The notes beneath the pieces were generated by a model, which was not told the origin of the DNA, searched no databases, and saw only the letters and a program-made list of their open reading frames with translations. From assembly GCF_000143415.4 (NCBI RefSeq), contig NW_003314382.1, positions 366,105 through 430,104 of the forward strand: 64,000 nt of DNA. The letters run 5' to 3'. The position numbers and the translations under genes are program-made. Within the stretch, counting starts at the first letter, position 1. Every line of letters starts with the position of its first letter. Below are positions 21,853 through 33,967 of the stretch, one piece after another. The DNA comes from Selaginella moellendorffii. Its lineage: Eukaryota; Plantae; Lycopodiophyta.

Positions 21853-23664
21853 CTACGAATATTCTTGCGAGTTTAAAATTAGGGCAAATGGCCCGCCTTC
21901 TCGGGAGCGCTGCACCACCGCCCTCTTGGCGGCACGGCTCTTCTCTAGGGCAAGAAGAGACGTCCACGCCACTGTGTCTGGCTCGAATGGCATCGTCTGG
22001 ATCAGCTCCTCGGCCTCGCCCAATCGCCCGTTGCGCGCGAGCACATCCAGCATCGAGTAGAAATGCTCCACCCGGGGATCCTCCAGGCCGTGATCCGCGA
22101 TCATCGACACCAGGCAGCTCCTCGCGTTGGCCACGACCCCGACGTGATTGCAAGCGGCAAGCACGCCCACGAATGTGGCTTGATCAGGCCGGACGCCCTC
22201 CACCACCATCGCGCCAAAGAGCTCCAGAGCCTCGCGGCTATGGCCGTTGTGGGCATAGCCCTGGATCATCGCGTTCCATCGCACGGGGTCTTCGTCCTGG
22301 GATGAGTCGAAAAGGGTTCTTGCTCGATTGAGATTGCCTTGACGGGAGTAACCCACGATCATCGACGTCCACGATACCACATCCGGCTGTGGCATCGTCT
22401 CGAATAAGAAGCGCGCTTGATCTAGATGACCGAGCTCCACAAATCCATCGATCATCGTGTTCCAGGAAGAGGAGCTGCGATCCGCCATTGCATGGAACAA
22501 GAGCTGTGCCTCCTCCATCCTCCCGCTGCGCACATATGACGCGATCATCCCATTCCACGCCACAACATCGCGCTCGGGCATCCGATCGAAGAAATCTCTC
22601 GCGGAGTCAGGGCGTCCAGCACGAGCCAAGGCCGCGATTACGGCAGTCCAGGACACCACATTCCTTACCGGCATGCGATCAAACAGTGCCACTGCTTGAT
22701 CTTCAATACCAATCTCAGAGTAAGCGGTGATCATCGCGTTCCAGGCCGCAAGATCCCTCGCTGGCATCGTGTCAAACACTTGCCTCGTCTGTGCCATGTC
22801 CCCGGCCTTGGCATTTGCGACCAGAAGCGCTGTCCAAGCCCCGGGATTGTGCTCCGGCATTCGATCGAAGAGATATTTTGCTTCCTCTAGTTTCCCGCGA
22901 TGTGCGTAGATGGCGATCATTGCGCTCCACGAAACCAAGTTCCTTGATTGCATTCCATCAAAGATCTTCCTGGCGCTGGAAAGATCCCCTTGCCGGGCAT
23001 AGCCGCAAAGCATCACGGTCCACGCCACGAGATTCAATTCAGGCATTTTCTCGATGATGTTTCCGGCATTGTAGAGATCTCCACTCTCGCAATAGGCCTG
23101 AAGAATCACCGTCCATGCCATGATGTCTCGATACGCCATTCCGTCAAAGAGATCCCTCGCAAGACCAAGATGCCCTCTTTGGGCATACGCGAGGATCATT
23201 GTCGTGATCGCGACGATGTCGAGCTCTGGCATGCGATCAAACAGGGTCTTGGCGCGATCGAGATCTCCGGAAAGGATGTGGCCCCTGATAATGGCATTCC
23301 ACGAGACGATGCTTGGACTAGGCGAGTTTTCGAGCAAGCGTTCGGCCAAGAGAAGTTCCCCATTCGCAGCAAGCATTGCAACCTCAATGTTCCTGGTGTA
23401 ATCATTCGGCTCCTTGATGCGATCGATCACATCCCGCGCGGCATCGATGCTGCCGCATTTGCCAAACATCTCGGCCGCGAGATTGAGGAGGTAAACATCC
23501 TCGCTATAGATCGAGGAAGAGATAAGCGCGGAGTGGATTTGCCTGGCTCTTGTCAGGTTTCTAGCAACTGTGCAAGATCGCAAGAGCTCGACGACCTCAG
23601 TTCGTGGAAGATGGTCCAGACGGAGCTCCATTCTTCCTAGATCATCAAAAGAACTCACAGTCAT
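21853..23664 (-). CDS. PLS-class (S/SS-rich) PPR protein with E-type tail, no DYW
   Basis: ORF 21853..23847; in-frame ATGs at 23694, 23664 and 23631; tandem 31-aa repeats; MPFEPDTVAWTSLL. Confidence 0.88.
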   Translation of the reverse strand: MTVSSFDDLGRMELRLDHLPRTEVVELLRSCTVARNLTRARQIHSALISSSIYSEDVYLLNLAAEMFGKCGSIDAARDVIDRIKEPNDYTRNIEVAMLAANGELLLAERLLENSPSPSIVSWNAIIRGHILSGDLDRAKTLFDRMPELDIVAITTMILAYAQRGHLGLARDLFDGMAYRDIMAWTVILQAYCESGDLYNAGNIIEKMPELNLVAWTVMLCGYARQGDLSSARKIFDGMQSRNLVSWSAMIAIYAHRGKLEEAKYLFDRMPEHNPGAWTALLVANAKAGDMAQTRQVFDTMPARDLAAWNAMITAYSEIGIEDQAVALFDRMPVRNVVSWTAVIAALARAGRPDSARDFFDRMPERDVVAWNGMIASYVRSGRMEEAQLLFHAMADRSSSSWNTMIDGFVELGHLDQARFLFETMPQPDVVSWTSMIVGYSRQGNLNRARTLFDSSQDEDPVRWNAMIQGYAHNGHSREALELFGAMVVEGVRPDQATFVGVLAACNHVGVVANARSCLVSMIADHGLEDPRVEHFYSMLDVLARNGRLGEAEELIQTMPFEPDTVAWTSLLALEKSRAAKRAVVQRSREGGPFALILNSQEYS

Positions 23665-25229
23665 GGCCTTGAGAGAGGGATCGAAGTGGTCCATGCTGGG
23701 GAATCCGGCTCGAAAGGCATTGCTCCCAAGAGATCTTCCACGGCTTTGGCCTGGCCGGCTCGCGAGAAGGAATCGAGCACGCAAGTGTAGTGCTCCTTTA
23801 TGGGAAGAATGTAGTGATCGCTTCTCATGGAGAGGAAGTAGTGGCAAGCCTCGCGCACAAGCCCGGCATGGCTACAGCCGCTAAGTATGTTTGCAAAGGT
23901 TTGTTCTCGCAGTTCTAGACCTTGGAGATGCATCCACCGATAAAGCTCCAGCGATTCTTTCCCTTGCTTGTTCTTGGCGAGAGCTTGAACCATCGTGGTC
24001 CAGGAAACCACATCTCTCTTGGGCATTCTCTCGAAGATGGTTCTTGCAATCTCGAGCTTTCCAGCGTCTGCAAAAGCTTGGAGCATGCAAGTCCAGGAGA
24101 CGACGTCCTTGCCTGGGCTCGCGTCGAAGATGGATTTTGCTTCCTGGAGATGCCCGTTTTGGGCATACGAGACCGTAACCATGGTCCATGACAATGGGCT
24201 TTTCAGTGAGAACCTCTCCAGCAATGCGGCGGCCTCGGCCATATACCCGTGCTGGGCATATGCCAAAACCAGCGCCGAGCATGATGCTTCGTCCCATTGT
24301 GGCATCGTGTAGAAAACGTCCACTGCTTCTGCAAGATGCCCGTTTCGGGCGTAAGCGAGCAGCATGGCGGTGAATGCGAGCTTGTCTAGCTGCAAGGAGC
24401 TCCCAAACAGCTTTCTACACTTTTCAAGATCGCCACTCTCGGCATAGGCGTTCATCATCGTCGTGATCGAATTTAAATCGAGCTCTGGCATCGTTTCTAG
24501 AAGTGCCTCAGCTTCACTGAGCTTATGGTGTTGGGAGTAGCCCGAGAGCATGCTGTTGAATGACACGAGATTGTATTCCGGCATTAAGAGCATGATGTTC
24601 TTCGCAAGTCCTACTTGCCCTCTTGAGGCAAATCCTTCAAGGATGAGGTTCCAGGAGACGATGTTTTTTTGGGCCATCAAATCAAACCATGCTTTGGCTT
24701 GGTTGATTTCCAGGCCAGCGAAAGCTTTGAGTATTGTGTTACAAGTAACCACGTCTATCTCTACCATGCCATTGGCAAATTCCAGCGCTTTGTCCAGATG
24801 ACCAGTTTGGGTATATGCGGATACTAACGCATTCAAAGCCACGACGTTGTGCTCCGGCATTCCATCAAACACCTGCTTTGCCTGCTCGACTCGATTATTG
24901 CGGGCATATCCAGCCACCATACTGCCCCACGAAAAGATACTCCGGCACGGCATGCGCTCAAACACGTCCTCGGCATCACCCAAATGCCCACATCGAATGA
25001 TCGCCGCCAGGAAGATGTTCCAGGAGTGCTGGTTTGGTTCCTCGATGCTGCCGAAGACCGCTCTCGCGCGATCGAGGCAGCCAATCCGCCCATACATCTC
25101 CACGAGAAGATTGGAGAGGTAGACATTCTTCCCGTGAGTGCTGCTTCCAGCGATCTGGGAATGGAGCCAGTCTCCTCGGTGGGCATCGCAGCACTCCCTC
25201 AATTGGCGCGCGAGAGCTTCACATTGCAT
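23661..25229 (-). CDS. PLS-class (S/SS-rich) PPR protein with truncated E tail
   Basis: 522-aa ORF with tandem repeats, ends MPFEPDSPAWTTSIPLSRP*. Confidence 0.88.
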   Translation of the reverse strand: MQCEALARQLRECCDAHRGDWLHSQIAGSSTHGKNVYLSNLLVEMYGRIGCLDRARAVFGSIEEPNQHSWNIFLAAIIRCGHLGDAEDVFERMPCRSIFSWGSMVAGYARNNRVEQAKQVFDGMPEHNVVALNALVSAYTQTGHLDKALEFANGMVEIDVVTCNTILKAFAGLEINQAKAWFDLMAQKNIVSWNLILEGFASRGQVGLAKNIMLLMPEYNLVSFNSMLSGYSQHHKLSEAEALLETMPELDLNSITTMMNAYAESGDLEKCRKLFGSSLQLDKLAFTAMLLAYARNGHLAEAVDVFYTMPQWDEASCSALVLAYAQHGYMAEAAALLERFSLKSPLSWTMVTVSYAQNGHLQEAKSIFDASPGKDVVSWTCMLQAFADAGKLEIARTIFERMPKRDVVSWTTMVQALAKNKQGKESLELYRWMHLQGLELREQTFANILSGCSHAGLVREACHYFLSMRSDHYILPIKEHYTCVLDSFSRAGQAKAVEDLLGAMPFEPDSPAWTTSIPLSRP

Positions 25230-25330
25230 AGGATAGAAAGAAGAAAAGTGGATTCGCTTTGATTGTGGAAACTATACAGTGAAAGGAAGGATCACTATCC
25301 CTCCGTTCTTTCAAGTCTGGGATCTGTGAT

Positions 25331-25594
25331 TTAAAAGGGAATAGCGTTTGAGACACGAGGATACACCACTCTCATCGGATGCCCGATCATCCTGCGCCCC
25401 TTGATGCGGCGAAAGGGATACATGATCGCTCCCACGGGCCACTCCACCGCCGCCGCGATCGCGAATGCCACAAATCCAAGCGTCGGCCCAATTACCTTGA
25501 CATGGCATGGATTCTGCCGAGTGCCACACTCCACACAAGTCGGGATCCTGTGCCTGCGAGTCGTCACAGCTGGGGTAGTCGTCACTGTCGCCAT
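25331..25594 (-). CDS. Small conserved CxxC/transmembrane protein, copy 2 (87 aa)
   Basis: Paralogue of 21370-21615. Confidence 0.85.
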   Translation of the reverse strand: MATVTTTPAVTTRRHRIPTCVECGTRQNPCHVKVIGPTLGFVAFAIAAAVEWPVGAIMYPFRRIKGRRMIGHPMRVVYPRVSNAIPF

Positions 25595-25688
25595 ACTTCC
25601 TTTCCGAGAAATTGAGAAGAAGAAACACAGATTTTTTCTGTTCGCTTGGAGCTCGATATGTTTGTCTGTCTTCCACTTCGAGCCGTTG

Positions 25689-25764
25689 TTTTATACTCCG
25701 TGGGATGCCACCACGTGTAGCAATTGCGGAGCACCAGTTGCTAGCTCGAGACAGGGCCACCTGT
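25689..25764 (-). promoter_or_regulatory. TATA box plus G-box/ABRE-like motifs of the small-protein gene
   Basis: TATAAAA 25689-25695, CACGTG 25712-25717, ACAGGTGGC 25756-25764; similar motifs upstream of the other copies. Confidence 0.55.
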
Positions 25765-27549
25765 CTCAGCTGCCACTACTTGGAATCGCAGCCGTCCACA
25801 TGCCAACTTGATGGGATGCTCGAAGTTTGAAATGTGTTTGGAATGCGCCCCTAAGTCGCATTCCATCTCTGTTGTAATAGAAGTGGGTTTAGACAGGTCT
25901 AATTAACGTTATTTATCACAAACTTTATACATATAATAAGCAATAGGAAGATCAAGACAAATAAAACTGGATTATCCATTGTAAAATGTGATTTGGAAAT
26001 ATTGCAAATAAATAATATCTCTAAAGGCTTGTCATGGTGTAAGATATAGCTAAATACCTCTTTCCTTTCTTCCAGCTCCAGATTTACAGCAGCTCCTCTC
26101 TTCAACTTAAGCACTTCCTGTTAGCTGCTCTTTTAGATTTCTTATAAATCACGTATATATGCTAATTAGTAGTACTATCATCCTTGTGATGAGAAATCCA
26201 CTCTAATGTAGTCTCATCGGCTGATCATGGGCTAATAAATGGGCAATGCATTGCCAGGGCTGCCATGACAGCAAATGGGAGATTTTGTGAGAAAGGAGCT
26301 TAGTGTGAACTAGAGCTAGATTTGCTAGCATAAATTTCTTTGTGCAGTGTAGGGATTTGCTATGTTTAAAAATTATTATCTTGCACATGCATGTTCACAT
26401 ATATATTCTCTAAAACATGTAATGCCACGTAGGATGGGCAATAGAACATGTACTACTACTATGCTAAGTTAACTTTTGCATATATTAATTCATAATAGTT
26501 GTCAATGGTTGAAATGTTGTCTTTAGTAGTACTGGAAGTCAATGGCCTTATGACTTGAGTTTCAAACTTGAATCATAGATATTTAATTTCACTTATACCT
26601 TTCATTAATAACACATAGTAGGATATCTTAGTGTTGTTCATGCTTTGGTTTCCTGGATATACAAGATAAGCTTAATTTGATAAATTTAAATATGAATCAA
26701 GGAGTATTATAGTTTGAAGTTAGTGCAAGCTCTTCTATAATTATCTCAAAGAAAGTATCATAGGTTTAGACAATTTCTTAGCTTAATAAGCCATTATAGA
26801 CTTTCTATTCATTTTGTCCAAACACATTCTCTTTTTTCCTACACTTATTCATATTTCATTCCTGTTTCAGTATCATTGACACTTAAGAATAACAATGTCA
26901 GATTTTAACTCCCCATTTCACTTAGAAAGGCCTGAAATTTCAACAGATAGAGACGGTACACCAATGCATTTTGGCCTAAAACTCTAGACCAAAGGATAAA
27001 CTCATTGGTTTTGGTGGCTTGTTTTGAATGTTGGTTTGCCATAATATTCTTTAATCTCGTAAATTTCAGCTTGGCATATCTAGCAAGTTTTTCAGATTAT
27101 ATAAAATTAACTAAAGATGGTACTTTTTTTTGTTGTTTACAATTTATTATGCTTCCCTGCAAATTCACACCCTTCTGAACAAAAGTTGAAAGTCGCAACT
27201 CTCCCAAAAGCTTGCTTTCTTGACACCTTACCCTTTAGGTAAAGTCTAGTGAGAGCAAATTAGACCAGCAAATGTTAATTAACATATGATGTGATTCCCC
27301 TAGTTAATCAATAGAGTTAGACCTAAAACCCCTTTGATATTAATGTTATGATCTAGTGCAAAAAAATAAAAATCTAGTCACCATAGACTATGCTACACCA
27401 CACCACTAACTAATTTCTCTTATAAATAATGAAAGCTTGAAACAATTTATCATACCTGTGCAATTGCTGAGCTGTAGCTACTTTAAGGAGTGAGATCAAG
27501 GTGAAGATAATACTTTTGCTTCACATGAATGGAGATTATGGGTAGTTTG

Positions 27550-28512
27550 CATAATCTCAGACCTTCAAGATGCATCCATCTAGTGATTCGTTCCCTTCTT
27601 TGTTTTTGGCGAGAGCTTGAATTATTGTGGTCCAGGAAACCACATCCCTGTTGGGCATTCTCTCGAAGATGGTTCTTCCAACCTCGAGCTTTCCAGCATC
27701 TGCAAAAGCCTAGAACATACAAGTCCAGGGGACAACACCGGGTTACGTCGAAGCTTCCTGGATTTGGGCATACGAGACCTCCACGACAATGGGAACCTCT
27801 CCAGCAATGCCTAATACCGTGCTGGGCATATGCCAAGACCAGCGCCAAGACCACGTCCACTTCCTCTGCAAGATGCCATTTCGGAGCAGCATGGTGGTGA
27901 ATGCGAGCTTGTCTAGCCGCAAGGAGCTCTCAAACAGCTTTCTACACTTTTCAAGATCGCCACTCTCGGCATAGGCCTTCATCATCGTCGTGATCGAATT
28001 TAAATCAAGCTCCGGCATCTTTTCCAGAAGTGCCAAACTATGCTCTCAATGCCGGAACACAATCTCGTGTCATTCAACAGCATGCTTTCGCGCTGAGGCG
28101 CTTGGTTGATTTCCAGGCCAGAGAAAGATTTCAGTATTGTGTTACGTTGTGATGATCAGTTCGGGTATATGCGGGTACTAAACACCTGCTTTGCCTGCTC
28201 GACTCGATTATTGCGGGCATATCCAGCCACCATACTACTCCACGAAAAGATACTCCGGCACGGCATGCGCTCAAAACACGTCCTCGGCATCACCCAAATG
28301 CCCACATCGAATGATCACGCCAGGGAGATGTTCCAGGAGTGCTGGTTTGGCTCCTCGATGCTGCCGAAGACCGCTCTCGAGCGATCGAGGCACCCAATCC
28401 GCCCATACATCTCAACGAGAAGATTAGACATTCTTCCCGTGAGTACTGCTTCCAGCGATCTGGGAATGGAGCCAGTCTCCTCGACGGGCATCGGAGCACT
28501 CCACAATAGGCA
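27550..28512 (-). pseudogene. Degenerate copy of the PPR gene at 23661-25229
   Basis: Long near-identical blocks to 23920-25230 with deletions, frameshifts and an internal inversion. Confidence 0.9.
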
Positions 28513-28639
28513 TAGGAAAGAAAGAACACTTTGCTTTGATTGTGGAAACTCTACAGTAAAAGAAAGGATCACTCCTCCATGAGGACATCCCTCCATTCTT
28601 TCTGCCCACCCGGAAAGTGGAGCGTGGGAGATCTATGAT

Positions 28640-28924
28640 TTAGAAGGGAATGGCGCTTGAGACACGAGGATACACCACTCTCATCGGATGCCCGATCATC
28701 CTGCGGCCCTTGATACGGCGAAACGGGTACATGATCGCTCCCACGGGCCACTCCACCGCCGCCGCAATTGCGAATGCCACAAATCCCAGCGTCGGCCCGA
28801 TTACCTTGACATGGCATGGATTCTGCCGAGTGCCGCACTGCACGCACGATGGGATCCTGTGCCTGCGAGTGCGAGTCGTCGCTACTGGAGTAGCGACGTG
28901 AGTAGTCCCCAATCCTCTCGCCAT
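28640..28924 (-). CDS. Small conserved CxxC/transmembrane protein, copy 3 (94 aa)
   Basis: MARGLGTTHVATP...CVQCGTRQNPC...IPF; TATA altered to TACAAAA. Confidence 0.8.
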   Translation of the reverse strand: MARGLGTTHVATPVATTRTRRHRIPSCVQCGTRQNPCHVKVIGPTLGFVAFAIAAAVEWPVGAIMYPFRRIKGRRMIGHPMRVVYPRVSSAIPF

Positions 28925-31024
28925 TCTTCCTTTGATCAATGCTCTAGAAATAAGAAATGCATCCACTTCGCACTTTGTCTGCTTTTTTGAGCTGCTCTTT
29001 TGTACCGTGAGATGGCACCACGTGTAGCAATTGGCGAACGCCAGTTGTTAGCTGGAAAGAGTGCCACCTGTATCTCATGCCACTGCTCTGAATCGCAGCC
29101 GTCCACATGCCAACTTCGATCGGATGCTCGAATTTGTCCAAGTCGCAGACACCAGAGTGTAGTCTTTCTTCTCAACGGCATGGCCATCCCATCATTTAGA
29201 GTAGGAGTATATATTCTTGGATTTGGAAGAGTTTTTCATAGCAAAAGATCAACCAAATTGTTCATGGAACTATAGCTTAAACTAGACACACAAAAATCAA
29301 CATTAAATGAAAAATCACAACCATTAGATTAAAGAATATTTTAGATACTTTAAATATGCGTTACAAGAGAGAGTCACTCATTCTCTACTCTTCTCAACAT
29401 CAATAGGTGAGTAGAAGAGTTGATTGACAGAGAGGAGAATGTTTTTGCTTTATTCTTGCATCTTCTTGCAAGATAGTGATCGTAAGCTTGTTTTATCTCT
29501 TTGCTTCATGTTCTTGCATTATAAAAAAGAAATATAGAGTGTTCTGAGAATTCAATTGTTTAAAAAGTATCTTATGGAAAAGCAACAAATCTAGATGGCT
29601 TTAGCCATGAAAGTATTTTACTTTACTTTATAATTTTTATCATTTTTAAATGTTAAACAGAATTAATTCCCATTCAAACAATTATTAAGCCACTTTAAAA
29701 GCTAGTTTCAAGAAGCCAATAAATCCAAATAAAAAAATACCTTGTTCCTTATTTTGTTTGATGGATTTAATGGTGACACTGTGCTTCCAAAAAATTCAAT
29801 GTCTTTAGAATTGATCTGGAAAAAGGCTTTAGAATATAAAAGAAGACAACAAAACAACTATAACTCACTCACGCGAGTTCTTGTTTTTTAAGCTCAAATA
29901 CTTCCACTAGTATATGTAATGCTCTGGGTGTATGTTGCAATGCATCATCAAATACCATACAACTAAAAACCTCTACCCATTCTTGTAGTCTATGCAATAT
30001 AAATTATGGATATACCAATCCTTTGGATTTAGTTCCTTTTTTATCTCTAAGTTTTCTAAAACTTTCTTGTGATATTAAATAACTCAATTCCATAAGAGTT
30101 TATTCCTCTAGAATGACATATATAAGAATTAAAAAACCAAAGATAATTTGAATTGAATTCACAAAAAAAGGCATTATCACATTTGTTGTTTTGCCAAACT
30201 TGGTTCAAAACTTAAATGAATTTGTCAATTCAGCTTATTAAATAAGCCTTTTTTACAGTCTCAACATAAGTAAATTTATCGTTAGCTTCATATTAAAAAT
30301 TAATGTGTAATTAGGCTATGAATTTACTAAAGGTTTCAATTTGCAGAATACTACATGCAATAATATCAAATAAGAAAAACTTATGTCTAGGTTGGCAAAA
30401 TAAAGTAATATTGAATACTTTCCAAGAGATTGTTGCATAGATGCTAAATCAATTAAGTCTCAAAGTCTATTTGATAACAGACACTTTCATCCCTACTCCA
30501 ATATTGCACATTCTTCATACCTTATGTTTTGCTCAATTTTTCATAGTATGAGTTCCAAAACAATACTTCAATAACCTCTACATTCTTCTCACATTTTTCT
30601 CTACACAAAAACCTTTAAAATTCTATATAATCTCTTTTTACAAATGTGTGAACTAGCATCAATCTTATACAACAACCTTAATATTAGTCATTTTATAAAT
30701 AAATACCATATATGAAAGTTTAAAAGATATTCTAATAAGTTTATTTAGGCCCTAGCTAGCTAAATGCTACTAGAGGCAATAACATAACTGAAATGCTATT
30801 TTTTATTTACTAGTAAATTAACAGAATTAATAAAAATGTAATAATAATAATAGTACAAATAATGAAATGTAGAAATGTAGAAATGTCTTAATTATTATGA
30901 ATATAGAAAATTAGAGTTAAATAAATTTCTATATTATATTTTTCTCTATTGCTTATATCTTATACTCATTATAAGATTGTCAGATATTTTATTACTTTGT
31001 TATATAATACTATAGATTTTAGAT

Positions 31025-32875
31025 TGTGAGTGCATGGAATATAGAAAGAGAATATAGAAAATGTGCATATTAATTAACTCAAAAACCTTAGTTTATATAT
31101 AAGAGCAAGTGGTCCGGATTGAAACCAATCTAACGGCTACTAAAATCCCATTACACTAATATTAATATACAATATTATAGCCATACACTTAGACCTCACA
31201 TCATCCCCTTCTCTCGGAATGATGGAAAACTATTAAAGGATTTGGAAGAATGTCAGAAGGAAGTGTCGGTGGATTTGTAATTAGTATTAGTTGTTTTGAA
31301 TCCCTTTGTACAAAGTGTTTCAACTGTTGCATATGCACAATTTCTAGAGGATTGGCTTGTTGGATGCTATGCCAAACCTTATAAACTTGTGGTCCAACTT
31401 GCCGCAATAGCTGATACGGTCCTTTCCACTAAGCAAGAAACTCCTTAGATAAACCATATATCTTAAGATGGGAAAAAAAGATTAACACCAAGTCATCCTC
31501 TTGGACGATGATGAGAGAATTCATATAAACCAAATGATGTATAAAAAACAATCTTAAAAATATCTTTTTCCACCATCGGTATTTGCTAGTACTTAGAAGC
31601 AAGATCCAGCTTCGTGAACTAACGACTTCTCCCTAGACAATCCAAAAGATTAGTAATGTAAGGAAGAGGGTACATATCCAAAATTGTCACGTCATTTAAT
31701 AAACGATAGTCGATATAAAAATAAATATTCCCATCAAATTTTATTACAAGATGAGGTTCATATACCCAAGGACTCTGCAACTTTTGAATAACACCCTTCT
31801 CCAACATCTCTTTGAAGTTTGCATGTAAAATCTTGATTTCTTTGGGTGACCGACGACAAATAAAAACTTTGATTGGACAAGCATCCCCAGCTGGAATAGG
31901 ATAACATATGGCAATTTTGGCCCTAGATGATAGGTCAAAGTCAAAGAGATCAAAATACTCTCTCATGAGCAAGTCAATCGATGCAACACAAAGACTGTCA
32001 GGGGGATTGGAAAAAGAGAAGAACAGAATAAGACAAAAACATAGAAGGAAATAATGGGGGAACAAAAATAATGGAAGCAAAGGTAAAAGTAAAGGGATGA
32101 AGAGGCATGGAAGTGAGAAGAATGGATGAAATATAAGAAAGTATGAGACAATGGGGAAGACATTTCAAAATCCAACTTGGCATGATTGTGCTACAATTAA
32201 TCCATACCAAAGATGATGTCAAAAGTTTGACTTAGCATCACTTGCAATGACTACAACCTAAATTCGATATCACCTACACACACAATTAGGTTCATATTAT
32301 CCTGTGCATATGCATGTGTACAGCCATTGCCATAAAGAATGAAAACTAGCTCTGCCGCACGATGCAAGTGTAGATGGCAATGTGTGGTAACAAGTCGAGC
32401 AATAGAAGATAAATTTGAATATGTATCAATCAATACGGAGAGAATAATAAAAAACCTTTTATTATAAAAATGAGCTTGGAAAGTAAATACTGAATGAATT
32501 AGTGTCGAGTGACCCCTTGATGATACTCACAAAAGAAAGATTGAGGGGTCACTAATTTATTAGCGTAAGGTCCCTCCATTACTTGCGCGACTCCTCATTT
32601 CTTGGATGCATCTCAGTGTTCAGACCTTCCACTGTAGCAACACCAATAGGACGTTGTTGATGCTAAAATCTCCACTCAGGAAATGGTGGCTGCTAATCTA
32701 AAAAACGCCAACAACACTGATAAGTGTGACTAACTGCATCATACACTTAGCAATGACCATCACGGCCATGACCATGTCTTTGTCCTTGGACTCGAGCAAC
32801 AGTAGCATCAACCTCTATTGAAACAAGACCATCACCTATAGAAAGTGGAGTTAAAGAACATGTAATGAGAAGTGA
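31025..32875 (-). mobile_element. Decayed, internally deleted copy of the 13442-20165 gypsy family
   Basis: 3' LTR 31025-31200, PPT, end of INT, deletion, start of RT, PR and end of gag align in reverse complement; no 5' LTR seen. Confidence 0.9.
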
Positions 32876-33967
32876 CTTGATGAAAGCAACAAAACCATCG
32901 AGCTCACTCTTTGGAGATCAATTATCATCTCCTCCTTTGAAGCAATGAGCAGTAGGCCTTGATTGCATCCAGAAGTACTAGAGATAGTCTGCAAAAGCAA
33001 GTTTGACACCAATTATTTTGGCAACACAAAAGAAAAAGAAGAAAAATAAACTCAAGTTTCAAAATTTATAGAGATCCATACAATCCAAATCAAGATCAAT
33101 CCTCCACGAACTTAATGCTGCTTTCAGCACCTCCAAGCTCTGCTGAAAAACGTAGCCACGGTATGCGACAATTGTTTGCTTGAAAATCTGAAGATGTCAA
33201 TCGAAGCATGCAAGCAAAAACATGAAGAAGTGCCGGTGGACAACAAAGGAGATGAACTGAGCGAGGCCAAGAACACATATAAAGACTGAATGTAAGCATG
33301 TGAGGCCTTGCGTGGTTTTTTCCTCTGTGCGTGGCTTCATGTGCAAAGAGTTTGGTGTGGTAAGGTGTGTTGTGGAGCAGCCAGAAGCCCAGGGTGAATA
33401 TAAGTACGTGAGGCCTTTGTGAGGTTTTACCACCGCCTGAGGACTCCTGTGCATGGGCCCCGGGTGAGAGTCATTTGCGAAAGTGTCCTGCATGAAACTG
33501 GTGCCCTGAGGCTTCTGGCCGTGTTGCCCCATGAAGAGCATTTTTTATTTAATTTGTGTAGAGTGTGGTTTATTTTTGCATATTGAGTGTATCGATATCT
33601 TTTAGTTAGCAGATTATATTGAAGAACTGAAGACTACCTACAGTTAAGTGCATGCAGCAACAGATCATATAAAAAATGAATGCAGAGAATAACAAATCGG
33701 GATTTCTAGGAAGTTCGTGCGTGTTGTTAGTAATAATAATAATAATCATAAAAACCCAGTTAGAAGATTGTCTGAAAATTATGCATGGATTGCTGCTGGC
33801 TCACTTTCTATATATATCAAAGAGATTTTTTTTTTAACAATAAACATCTAAGCTGCTGCAGTTAAGCTGTGACATTGTAAAGTTTAAAAAGGAAAAGAAT
33901 TAGAAAAAGAAAAAACAGAAAACACGAGCTTTTCCGTTAAGTAATAACAAATCGGGATTTCTAGGGT

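Noticed and set aside
23695-23847. N-terminal extension of the 664-aa PPR ORF
   Set aside because: Begins at a non-ATG codon inside the upstream PPR coding sequence.
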